In this document: positions 9,506 to 20,000 of the stretch, one piece after another
Layout: the number at the start of each line of letters is the position of its first letter
Numbering within the stretch: the first letter of the stretch is position 1
Notes under the pieces: model-generated
Seen by the model: the letters and a program-made list of their open reading frames with translations, nothing else
What the model was told of the DNA's origin: nothing
The model's database searches: none
Origin: Catajapyx aquilonaris
Lineage: Eukaryota
Direction: 5' to 3'
NCBI GenBank assembly: GCA_000934665.2
Contig: KZ538581.1
Location: 56,544 to 76,543 of the forward strand
Length of the DNA stretch: 20,000 nucleotides
Program-made: the position numbers and the translations under genes

Positions 9506-11229
9506 CACACGTCCTATCCATTTTGCTGCTTTACACACCCATGTTAGGATCACATTTTGTAATATGTTGGGGTTATTCACCTCGGTCCCATTTTCATATG
9601 AAAAATTCAGCAACGGTATACCGATAAACTGACTGAAAATGTGTTTCATTAATTTATTGAAAATGTATCGGGTAATTAAAAGTTCTGGACCACTTCCGAT
9701 ACCTTATTGCTCTAATTTGCAGTTTCAAATTGCCTATTTTTTCTATGTAGACTACATAAAATGCAACAATACTCTATTCAAAGCAAGAATTAAAATTTTG
9801 AAAATGAGACAAAACATGGGAATATGCTGACTTTAACGTTTCTGCCATGTCACTCTTTATTTTATAAACCATTTAGGGCCTCAGCGCCGTCTAATTCAAT
9901 ATATTGCACTGTACTAGTACTGTACTACTGTAACTAATGATCACACTTTTGTAGGCACCAGTCAGGGCACCAGTTCCCTAAACACAGTCCAAATGGAAGT
10001 GAGCCCTGATTTGCATAAAATATGGAGATAATAAGCGTGATCATTATAAGTTGATGCAATTATAAACTGTTTTAAAGGGCACAATCAGACCTCTTTTAAA
10101 CTCCAATTCAGAATTACTCATATTGTTCCATATTACAAAGATGTTTTACGAACATATTTAGTTTAAACTATGTAATATCAAAAATAGGCTTAAACGGCAT
10201 GGTGGTCGCAGAAAATTACACACAACATTTAGCAAGCAAAAACGCATTAGTGTTAGTTTTGTAGTAGTACAATAGCTCTATTTAACTCTGCCGACGCAGC
10301 CCATTTAGGGCGAACCACAATACTGATGCAATGAATTAAGTGCATTCATTCAGGTTTCCACGAAAATAAATGACTTCCTACCAAACTGTCCATGAGAAAA
10401 AAATAGCACAATAGCCAAAGATTAGTCCTAGAATTCGAAATGTTCCTGTTGATCGAAAAGTACTGCGCGGAATCCATAAAAAAGTGCAGATCCACAATGA
10501 ATGTTCGCTCGCGTCAAACTTTGCCCCTGGAGTTGCAAGAATTGAGCAAAACATACTCAAAGTCTAACTCGTGGAAATCACTTAATATTCCGAGGCACGG
10601 CCCTGTCGTTGCCTTCGTAACGCGCGACAAGCCTCATTTCTGGCTCTTAAGAGTTGCGACAGGGTCGAAAATGTTCCCTGCCACCTTTTCCCGCATGCAA
10701 ACGCCCTAACAAGAGCTCCTCTAACGGCCTCGTCAGCCTGCGGGGCCAGATTATACGGACTTTAAGCAATCGAAAAACGCTGCAGAAACGCCCTTCCTTC
10801 ATAAAACGGACCTGGGCAAAAAAAAAAAAAAAAAAACGTTTCCGGAACACTTGGCGCACCCCAAAAAAATTTGCCTTCCATTCATATCGGCTTAATTGGG
10901 CTTCCCCTAAGCGAATGTGTACACAAGAAAGTCGATTATGGTCCTTATAAAATTGAAACCCAATTAGCTGAATCCGCCGAGTTTTTAATTACTTTGCAAA
11001 ATGATGCAAATGAGCCCCTCTTATTACCGTCTTTCCCAGGCAAAAAAAAAAAAAAAACGAAAGTCTTGTGTACTCAAGACGGGAAGCTTTTGAGGGTATT
11101 TGTTTCAAGTTTTCTCAAGCCCGTCGGGACCTGCGGCCTGCTTTGTGGTACTTGATTGAAGAACGAGGCCTGCAAATTTGAATATTAGTCTCACTACGAT
11201 AATAGGCACTCGCTTTCCGTTTATATTAA

Positions 11230-11340
11230 GGTGATTTCGCAAGGCCGCGGCCGTCGCGTAGTGGCGCTCAGTTCGCCAACGCGCATGCGCAGAACTACTG
11301 GGTAAATCGCGTTTAGCGTGTAGCCGTTAATTCCGCAGAG
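11230..11340. promoter_or_regulatory. CpG-rich promoter-like segment with an NRF1/ewg-type palindrome; alternatively the terminus of a Kolobok-like transposon
   Basis: GCGCATGCGC at 11281-11290 lies within a dense CpG cluster. The segment begins TTAA|GGTG (11226-11233), as Kolobok ends do. I saw no partner TIR. Confidence 0.35.
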
Positions 11341-11625
11341 CTCTGGCTTAGAAAGTGGTTTCGTAGTTTCATAAGTTGAAATATTGTATATAAGTGACCT
11401 TCTTTGTTAGCGTTTCCTCCAAAAGAACAAGATCGAGCCTATTTCCTGAGCAAAACTAGAAACGTGGATCCCGGAAAACAAAAATACTGGAAAGAGAGCC
11501 CAATTCCAGGCGAATGACCAGCAACAAACAGGAAGCGGCCCCATCTGGAACGAAAACTGCAAGAGTAGGATAGACTATATTTCATTTGAAATAAAACGCA
11601 TTGTGTTGGGAGAAGGAAGATGCTG

Positions 11626-12421
11626 TGTAACCAGTTATTCGCAAAGAGTCTCCGAAACTTCAAAGAAAACAAACGGCAGGGAAACAGACAAACAAAAAAG
11701 TTTGGGGATATTTTGTGGCGCACTTTGGGGAAGAAAATTAGATTGTTGTGATCTCCGGCCAGCAGATTAGTGGTTTAAGCAAGTTAAGTCCTCCGGAATG
11801 GAAAGACTAGCCTGAGAAAATTTCCTTCCGACTTTCCCGCCTGAGGACCTCCGAATTTTTTGGAAGAAGAATAGTGAACGAGTGTTGATCCAGACTGGTG
11901 TCACCTCCAGACAACTCACCTTTGATCCAACGGAGACCTAGCTCAGAGAGAATTCCACATCACAAGTGGTGCGGGTGAGGTAACCTAAGTTTGGCCTTTT
12001 TGAGGGTCTGAGACAAACTTTGCAGGAGATGAGAGCGTCCGGATTTCCCCGGGTGTGGTCCAGTGGGGCCTCCCGGAAGGATGACCGAGCCGTGATTGGA
12101 TTAAATCCGGGTCCGAAAGAGGGAGGGGGTGGGAGTGGGTGCGGGAGGCACACGGCGGGAGCAACGTCAGGAGAATTGGAGCAAGGACGCATTAGAGCAA
12201 TTAACATGGCGGCTTGCACGACTCGGCCCTTGGTCCTTTGGGGAACCGGGTTGAAGTCAGACCAACCTAGACCGCACTATATTAACCATACTCCCCTAAA
12301 CCACCACCCTAGCTCTAGACGGTCCAAACATGGAAACCGCTGCCTAAAATCTGCCCTCTCACCCCGGTTCTTAAACCCTCAATTAGGCTGGCTAGGGAGA
12401 GTCCGAATGTCATTTATTACG
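11626..12421 (-). mobile_element. Possible solo LTR (about 800 bp)
   Basis: A GC-richer block bounded by TGTAAC (11626) and ATTAC(G) (12421). It has no recognisable protein. It carries a YY1-type AACATGGCGGC (12203-12213) plus a CCAATC and an AGGTGAGT donor-like site on the minus strand. There is no clean TSD. Confidence 0.3.
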
Positions 12422-13219
12422 TGGGGAGGACGACGCATAATTGATTCGCCTGCGGATGCTTCCCTGCTCAAAAGGTGTGTCGCTTGGGACAAATTGTTGC
12501 GATTTTCCAGCTAATTTCGTTTATGAAACGTTGCGCAGAAAATGCTGCCAAATGTACTGTATTTACCGTCCGACGCACTCTCGAGAGATACTTCAGGGAA
12601 TGCTGTTTCGAGCATTAGGGACACTTACTTGGTCATTGCAATTCAGTGCCAAGAGGATCCAGTGTCCGGAGCCCTAATGGACAGACACTGTCCTGCATTG
12701 ACCTAGACATCCTGCAGCGGTGCACATCAGGGCCGAATTTATGCTACTCTACACAATGATTGTATGCTGCCACGATGTTCTGAGAAAGTTTACATGCCCA
12801 TGGTAACAACTAATTCCTCAAAAGCTTGCGGCAACCTACGTACACATGAAACGATTTGAAATGGTAATATTGAAAAGAGCCTGCATTGCCATGATGCTTT
12901 TTGTTACTATTGACTGCATTATTTTTTCGCATGGCGTTACAGCAACAGGAATTTATGAGCGATACAACACCTAGTTGAACTGCAAGGAGGTATACACTGA
13001 CAAAGGTACAGTACAACTACTCGAGCACGTGTTCTGAATAAATAATTTATATTGCAAGCCTCTACTATTTTTTCCTTACGATTCTAGACTTACAGGATTC
13101 AATAAATGTTTTAAAGTAGGGAAATTCGCTCTGAAATGTCGCTAAGAAACTACGTACGATAGCAAGTTCGCACCCGTAGGAATACTGTACCATGTATAAA
13201 GTACTCGCAACCCTATAGA

Positions 13220-13432
13220 CAGTGGCGTAGGCGGGGGGGGGGGGGGTTGNCCCCCCCCCCCGGACCCAAAAAATTTAGTTCCAATCCGCAATTTAAAGGT
13301 GTTAAAACGCACATGCGCAAATATTGTAGCTTGTGTGAGCTTGAACAGCATAAAAAAATTTCGCCTGCGGCGGGCCTCTTCGTTCTTCCCTCACATAACC
13401 CATCCCCTTCAAATTTCCTGGCTACGCCGCTG
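13220..13432. mobile_element. hAT-type MITE, 213 bp
   Basis: TIRs are CAGTGGCGTAG and CTACGCCGCTG (11 bp, 1 mismatch), with poly-G/poly-C subterminal tracts. The TSD is degenerate (cctataga versus cgatatataga). Confidence 0.8.
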
Positions 13433-13844
13433 CGATATATAGACACCTGAATCTGTGATCTAACTCTTCCTATTACAGGGTGATCGGTAGACTAACTTAC
13501 ATGAATCGCTTCAAGAGGGAATTCTTTTTCCACGGAATAGTTCAGGTAAGGTAATCCCTTGTCCTATACTGTAAGATCAAAATATTATTATCTGCATAAT
13601 TTATGCTACCGAGGTTTATTTATAAAGCTTTCGAGTTGCAGCTTGAAGCATATACGTACATATACTGTACAATACCGTACATTAGGGTTTAGGAATGGTT
13701 AACGATGTACTTCTAGGTACTACAAGAAATATCAGGCCACATAACCCAGATGATATCTGGATCTTTTGTAAACATTGATTACAGTAAAATCACTTTTCAT
13801 TGTAAGTACGGTACTAAAAACACTTCATGAGAGATATTCCCTTC

Positions 13845-14158
13845 TGTAACTCTGTAGTCCTAGGCTCTCGTATGGGCCGAGCCCGAGACCTAACAGCCTT
13901 ACGAGCACCTCCGGCCTCTACAGGGAGGCCTTCCACCTGGCCGGCCCCATCTGATGTCGACGAAGCGGAGTTAAGGAAGAGGAGGATGGCTGGTGTGGGA
14001 GAGGAGAGGAGGGCCTCACGTAGCCGCTCGGAAGAACAAAACTGCCATCCGGCTCCTTGGGCGTTGGCGCAGGCGCCATAAGAGGGAAGACTTAAAGAAG
14101 GGGCGACATGGACGACGTCTATGACACAAAACGAGGAAGGGGTTCCAAGGACACTACA
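13845..14158. mobile_element. GC-rich insertion-like block with TG...CA ends (possible short solo LTR)
   Basis: GC content steps up sharply against AT-rich flanks. The ends TGTAAC-TC-TGTAGTCCTAGG and CCAAGGACACTACA form a short imperfect inverted repeat. I found no TSD or AATAAA. Confidence 0.3.
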
Positions 14159-17100
14159 CAAAGTTTAAAATTCGTAGTAGTATAGGAGTCACAACGTTCA
14201 TTCAACATCGGAGAAGGATGTGCTCTATACAAGCAACTGTTGTTGTCTGAGGAATTGAGTGAAGGAGTTATGATGTAACAATGTCATAAATATTTTATAA
14301 GTTTCCGACAAGGTTGCTTATTTAATGACAAAATGAAAAAAATAAAACACCGAGAGACATACGAGACGCTTCTGTGACATTATCCCAATGCTCGTATGTA
14401 AGGTTTTATATCCATATTTACATTTACAGCAGAATAATTATTATTTCGAACGGTGCAGTTTGATTCGGTACGCGACTGTTAATGAGTACACCATCAAGTA
14501 CTGCCTTTGTTATTGCTGCAAATATCACGTCGTTGGCTCAAATTCAATTCAATCTACAACCCCAGAAAGCTTTACGTTACCATCTACTGTAAGTAGTGTC
14601 TAGAGGCTGTTTTGGCAGAGTGGTTACAAAGTTGTATACCTTGAAGATATTTACCCTGTGTTTTTCCGAAACTGTTTGCTAGTCAAGTTTCTTTTTTGGA
14701 TGCAAAAAACGCAGGCGAGCGAGAAAGTCAGTAGAGAGGAGGAAGAATATAGTAGAAGCTTTAACTTACAAAATCGACTTTTAAAAAACCCGGCGGGTAA
14801 AGTGGAAGAAGCTGTGCAGCTCAACGTGATCTCTCTGTGCCTCTCTCTCGGAGCAAAGCTTGTTTCTCGCGGACATCTGTCTCCCAAGATTGCAACTCCA
14901 AAGAGTGGGCTCTGAAGAAAACATAAAGGTATAGCAGCAAGGCCTATGGCAATCTAGATGATGCTACCGATAACTTGCGAAGAGCTTGGATAATATATTC
15001 TTAACCTCCATAATTACATTAACTTACAAAAACCTTTTGCCTCTGATCCTTTATGTAGAAGGATATTTTGATGCGTCCATAACGAAGCTAATTCTCAGTC
15101 ATGTCAAACTAGTATAAAATCATCCGGTTGCTATGTAATGAATTACTTTACCGCGCCCCTGCAGCAATTACCTGTGACGTTAGTGTTGGCAATGTAACCA
15201 TTCGGAACATCCCTAGAGTGAACGGATCCAGAGCGACAGCGACATTACCGCCATGTTATAATTATCGTCATCAGTAGTGGAGATGAGTCCCGTAATCATT
15301 TTTGCTGCTCGCAAATCTACAGGGAACAATAAATTGAAATGTGGGTCAATTTTGAAACACGCAACACAGTGTTTTGTTTAAAAGCGAAGTTACTGAGCCT
15401 GAATCCGAACAGGACAAGCAGGACAAGGCCATAGTACGGTGCAGAATCAAATTATTGTAAGTTAATGATATATTATTGCAAAATTAGTTGCACTTCTATA
15501 CAATAGGAGAGGTTCCGATATTGATCATATAGAACAAAATAATGTTAAATTTGCATCATTAAATTTAACATATAATAAAATAATTTTAGTTTAAAAATAA
15601 TATTCAATTACAGAGAAGGAAGCTCAAGTGTTTACCTAAGATCTGGGTACATTTTATTGTCCTCGTAACTGAATGATTTATTGTAGCGGACAAAATTCAT
15701 CGTGTACGATTTGAGGCACGAATGCTGACCGAAGAGATAATATTGCTCTTCTCCTTACGGCTTCCTCAATTTTGAAAATTCAGATCACATTTCATCCGTT
15801 TTATCTTCAAATAAGGAACAATTATCCTCTAGCCATGGAAGCCATGTGACATAGTGCAGCAGAAATCAAGTTGACCCCAGGACATCAGGTCTCGCCGGTT
15901 GCATTTTCTCTCTGTTTGGTCGCGACACCCATATTGTGCCACTATTTATTTATAACGGACGCCCGTGGATACAATTGCATTGCTTGTGAGCAATTGCCAC
16001 CCAGTGTGTCGTTTTCAGGCGCTTCGTTCCCGAAGCACTTGCGCCATCTGATAATTTGCAAGCGGGAATTGTTTATGAAGCGGGATGGCCTTGCCGGCTT
16101 CGGATTTGCAGCTTGTGAAGAAGAGAATTGGCTTTCTCTATACTTCCGGATCAATAGACTGTCCTGCACCTAATGTTACTAGCAAACATAATCTTGATAT
16201 ATTTGGAACGTTCACAAAATTAGGCATAATAAACCTACGACTTTTATGGCCTGCCACTAATTTGGGCTAAAACGCACGCCTTTTTTTTTCAAACGGTCTG
16301 CAATTGGTATAACTGCGGCAATAAAATATGTAACCACACTGTGCAGTACAGTAATTCAATTACTGTACCGCAGTCATAACTCGCGGTTTTATGCCTGGAG
16401 ATGACGTTGAAATTCATATCATTCGGCTTCTAATCATTCATGAACTTTCAACCTCAGTCGGCATGACACGTGCGGACCATTCGGGAAAATCACATCCATT
16501 TTTTGCCATACTCGACGGTGTCGGATTTTGTAGGGGTGTAGAAGGGGGTGGAGGGTGTCAGGACTGGCTGGCGTGACATCCAGCGCTATGACTAGCTATC
16601 ATTTGTAGGCAAAGCTTGTGATAGATGTTGAGGAATTAGAGCTCTTAACAGTCGCCATCCATTTGGGTCAAGCGAGCGATGCTGCCTGATTCTTTTTTTT
16701 TCTCTTTCCATGGAAGCCCTCATTGATCGTCATTGCAATAAAGAATTCACACCTGGCAACACAGCTTTTGCAAAAGGACCCATTTTTTGCCTTGTTTCAA
16801 TCGTTGCATGCCCATCACTTGATTACCGGCCGGAAAGTTGGATTTCACTTAGTTTGCAGAGTGGTCGCATCAACAACAAAGCAAAGCAGTGGGCATGGAG
16901 ACAGCAGGGTATATTTTCTCCCTGAAAACCATCCACAATCTGGAAGCGCTTCAGTTATTTTCTGCCCCTACCTTTTTTTTTCCTCTTCTTCTCGCACCAA
17001 AACTCCGAAGCCCTCCCACTGCTATGGAAATTCGTTTCCTGCTGTGGCCAACGACGTGCTGTCCTGGGGTGAGGAATTGCTTCCCATTCAATGCTTGCTG

Positions 17101-17889
17101 GAGTTTCGAGGAGAGGGGGAGGAAAAAGAACGGGAGAGACACTCACACACCGGGCGTGGGATGCAATGCACCTTGCTCTGCTGCCCACTTGCTGCTGCAA
17201 GAGATTGAAACTCGTAATTCGTACCTTAGAACCACCTGAGCGGCTTGTTACAAATGTGACAAGTGTAAGCCTCACGTGCCTTATGCTGTGTTGTAATTAT
17301 TGTTGCGCTTTTTTCCGGCCTCTGTTGTGGATGCAATTCGGATGAGATCAGGGTATAAAATACTGCAGGATGATAGGCCAAAATGATCGGATTAGTATGA
17401 CAACAAAGCGAATGCGAAAACAGTGAGCTGTGAAACAAAGGGAAAGATTTAGCATTTCATGCATGCGGTATTACAAAAACCCAACTTTCATTTAACGTAG
17501 GTTCAATAGGGTGTGGTGAAATATTTGCGTATCTTATCTCGCATTTCTGGCGATATTCTAAGACAAAAGATCTCTCAGAATAGATTTTTGGCATTTTTGA
17601 CCCCTTTTTGAAAATAATCGCATGTTATTCTACTCATGGATACGTATAGAAAATCAGGTGACCCAATTGTGGGTTGGAATAACCAGAAGGATGATCCAGA
17701 TTATTTATACATGTATGACGAAACCAATGTTGGAATGTGATTACCTCACAGTAATGGAGCCTAATTCTCCAAAAATTAACTAGCTTAACTTGTTTTCAAA
17801 TATCCCAAGCAACATACGTCCGAGTAGAAGTATGCATATTTTCCACACCCTGCAGAGATCGTCCAAGCTTAAAAGGTAAGCCCACCCAC

Positions 17890-18412
17890 TGCCTTATCTG
17901 AGTTGCATCCTCCCTCCCTAACCCAACCCAAACTCAATAAATTAAGACTATATGCCCCTCACCAAGACGCTTAGTTGTCACTCCTTGCATAATTTTCCAG
18001 GCAACCTACCTTGCATCAAATGCATGACAAGACAATCCCGCATCTTCACGAGGGTATTATCATCCTAATAAGCCATCGAGTTTGGGTTTAGCTGGGATTA
18101 TGGAATTCAGAAAAGGGTGGTCTCTCTGCCTTTTAAGCTTTGAAGCGTGTCCCAATTGAATTGTATAGGTAGTGGCTAGCAAAACTCACTTTGTGAGCAC
18201 AGAAACAAAAACCAGAAGTGGATGCAAACGTTTCGTACTTTATTATGGAGCATTTCCTCGCTATTTCCTGGCAGCCAGAAAACGTTCCCTGAGTCCATGA
18301 ATCCCGGTCTCAGACTTGCTTTCTACTCAAACCAATATTGGCAAGAAACGTTTTTGATGGCTCTCAAAAAGTAACTGCATAATAGTAAGCAACTTGCCAA
18401 AATCTCTTAAGT
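17890..18412 (+). mobile_element. Decayed C-terminal ORF2 region of a CR1-group (L2/Daphne/Crack-like) LINE
   Basis: Ordered motifs across frameshifts are YLSCIL (for KYLG.IL), TIPHLHEGIII (18032; I.PHL.Y...IW), IQKRVV (18105), FRTL-YGAFPRYF, VHESRS, TQTNIGKKRF (18325) and SNLPKSLK (to 18411). Confidence 0.5.
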
Positions 18413-18454
18413 ACTACGGAAAATAGAGTTGAAACACTGCATAGAGAGTTGGCC

Positions 18455-18572
18455 TATAACACTTTCGGAAGAAATATTCCCGACCTCCGCCGATTTTGAC
18501 GAAAATTTGCGCACTTGAAGGTGCCAAGGATATAATGAAACTGGGCTGAATTATATGCTAATATCTCTACCC
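18455..18572. mobile_element. Short remnant resembling non-autonomous Helentron/Helitron-associated elements
   Basis: Contains the core ccgattttgacgaaaatttgcgcac...aatatctctacc, typical of such invertebrate repeats. The termini could not be resolved. Confidence 0.3.
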
Positions 18573-18939
18573 ACTGACGTGGGTGGTAACTGAAGATGTA
18601 ACCTCTAATGATCCTGCGGACCACAATTTCTCGTGTTTCGTTTAATAAACCTGCTTCTATGGGACATAATGGGAGATAGGCACATAATTATACGGAAAGT
18701 GCTCCATTGGATTACATACAATTTAACTTGTCTGAAATGTTCATTTTGTGTCATTTGACCTCATTTGTTACAACTTTCTTCACCTGCGATTCTGAAATTT
18801 TTCTGGTCAGTGAAAGCTTATGGTCTTGACCTAAGTTATAGCCTATGGCCCACAATAGCAACAAATATAATTTTGGGCACTACAATGGGTGTAAAAAATT
18901 ACAATTCACCAATTCATTGCTAGTTGGATTAAGCATTGT

Positions 18940-19060
18940 CGGGTTTTGAGAACCCCTGAGAAAACCCACGCACAGAGGAAAACCTGCCAAAACTATAATT
19001 ATTCAGTGGAGAAAATCCAGCTCCCGATCCAGCATCCAGGGATAAAACTCTGGACCCACA
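18940..19060 (-). mobile_element. Old tRNA-derived SINE remnant with a V-domain-like core
   Basis: The minus strand has a degenerate B-box region ggtccagagttttatccctg (19056-19037). It is followed by tgcgtgggttttctcaggggttctc (18972-18948), close to the V-SINE core TGCGTGGGTTTTCTCCGGGTACTC. Confidence 0.55.
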
Positions 19061-19257
19061 GATTCTATGAGAGTGGCCCAAAAGTCAATAAACATCATCC
19101 TTAATACTTCATCCGAGTCTAGGTGAAGTGCTGAAGAATTAATTTTTTCATACCCCCTTCAGGACCCAACTTAATATTTGGTGGTATGATAGGCCCTGGA
19201 ATTTTCTTTCTCTTCACAAAAAATTGCGAATTGAAGGCGAAAAGTAGAAACAAATGA

Positions 19258-19372
19258 CAGTGACGTAGCCAGGATTCCAGTTGGGGGGGGGGGGGGNNNN
19301 NNNNNNNNNNNNNNNNNNNNNNNNNNNNNNNNNNNNNNNNNNNNCCCCCCCCCCCCCCTGGCTACGTCACTG
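19258..19372. mobile_element. Young hAT-type MITE spanning a 48-N assembly gap
   Basis: A perfect 16-bp TIR CAGTGACGTAGCCAGG / CCTGGCTACGTCACTG with an exact 8-bp TSD ACAAATGA at 19250-19257 and 19373-19380. Ns at 19297-19344 lie between poly-G and poly-C. Confidence 0.92.
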
Positions 19373-20000
19373 ACAAATGAGGAAAACATAATACAAGTTA
19401 AGTGAGTTCTTGCGCTAAGTCCATTTATTGACAACTTCGTGAAAATCACACCATCCATTCCTGGGCACGTCGCACATACGAGCGGCCTATAACGTACTAC
19501 TGTGCAGTTGTAAGAGGTTCGTCTATCTCGTTTGTGAGATAGGCCTACTCATGCCCAAAGTTGGGCTGCTGGCAGCCCCTTATGCATGGAGCCTTATGGG
19601 AGCCGGTCTGCGGGCATCGAGAAAAGTGTCCCTAGCTCCATTAAAAACATTAAGATGTTAACAAAAAGCCATATTCATGCGGGGGAAAGTCGGGAGATTA
19701 ATTTAGTGGCGATTTTCATAGTGGTCACCTTGGTCCTTCCCTCGCAAATCGTCACTTTGTAGGGAGCCGACTCTACAGTTGGCGACGAAGTGGCAACGCT
19801 ATGCGCTGTAAGTGACGCTCGGCAGGCGGCCTTGAAAATCCCGAGCCGCCTAGGTTTCAGAATGGCATGTAACTGACAAGGGAAGTGTCTGTAGGGCCAT
19901 CGACCAATCGGCCCGAAAATGACACTAGGGGTAAATCGCAGGCCAGAAATTCATTGGTGAAAGTAAAAAGTCGCATTAGCCAACCGTTTTCGAGCATCGG

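Noticed and set aside
12020..12514. 164-aa + strand ORF, and similarly the 161-aa ORF at 16723-17208
   Set aside because: Non-ATG starts, low-complexity composition and no domain resemblance. Such ORFs are expected by chance in GC-richer DNA.
14604..15150. Sola-like GAGGCTG end at 14604 and a possible LINE RT fragment (DDATDNL/KSLDNI/INLQK) at about 14910-15150
   Set aside because: No partner TIR, and the YADD and KYLG motifs are not preserved, so support is too weak.
15410..15427. 9-bp tandem duplication CAGGACAAG x2 as a transposon footprint
   Set aside because: Indistinguishable from replication slippage.
1..20000. CRISPR-like array, prokaryotic operon or defence system
   Set aside because: There are no regularly spaced repeats and no gene-dense coding. 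SINEs, MITEs and microsatellites show the DNA is eukaryotic.

Overview
AT-rich eukaryotic non-coding DNA, probably an intron or intergenic region of an invertebrate. An arthropod host is inferred only from the SINE and MITE styles. I found no intact host gene, true tRNA, rRNA or CRISPR array, and the supplied ORFs are short and either spurious or fragments of decayed transposon genes. The window is a layered record of transposable elements. The best-supported elements are two tRNA-derived SINEs with exact TSDs (one interrupted by a Sola-type MITE), three hAT-type CAG-ended MITEs, a pogo/Tc1-type MITE and a mariner 3' end. Weaker remnants include a V-domain-like SINE, two LINE 3' regions, Gypsy and Tc1/mariner fragments, and a possible Mutator-like transposase. 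The most unusual signal is a clear excess of TACAGTA/TACTGTA heptamers, the classic Tc1/pogo excision footprint. One of them sits at a frameshift in an older transposase remnant. All protein-family calls were made by eye from motif resemblance and need HMM confirmation. I did not find convincing evidence of a new biological system.
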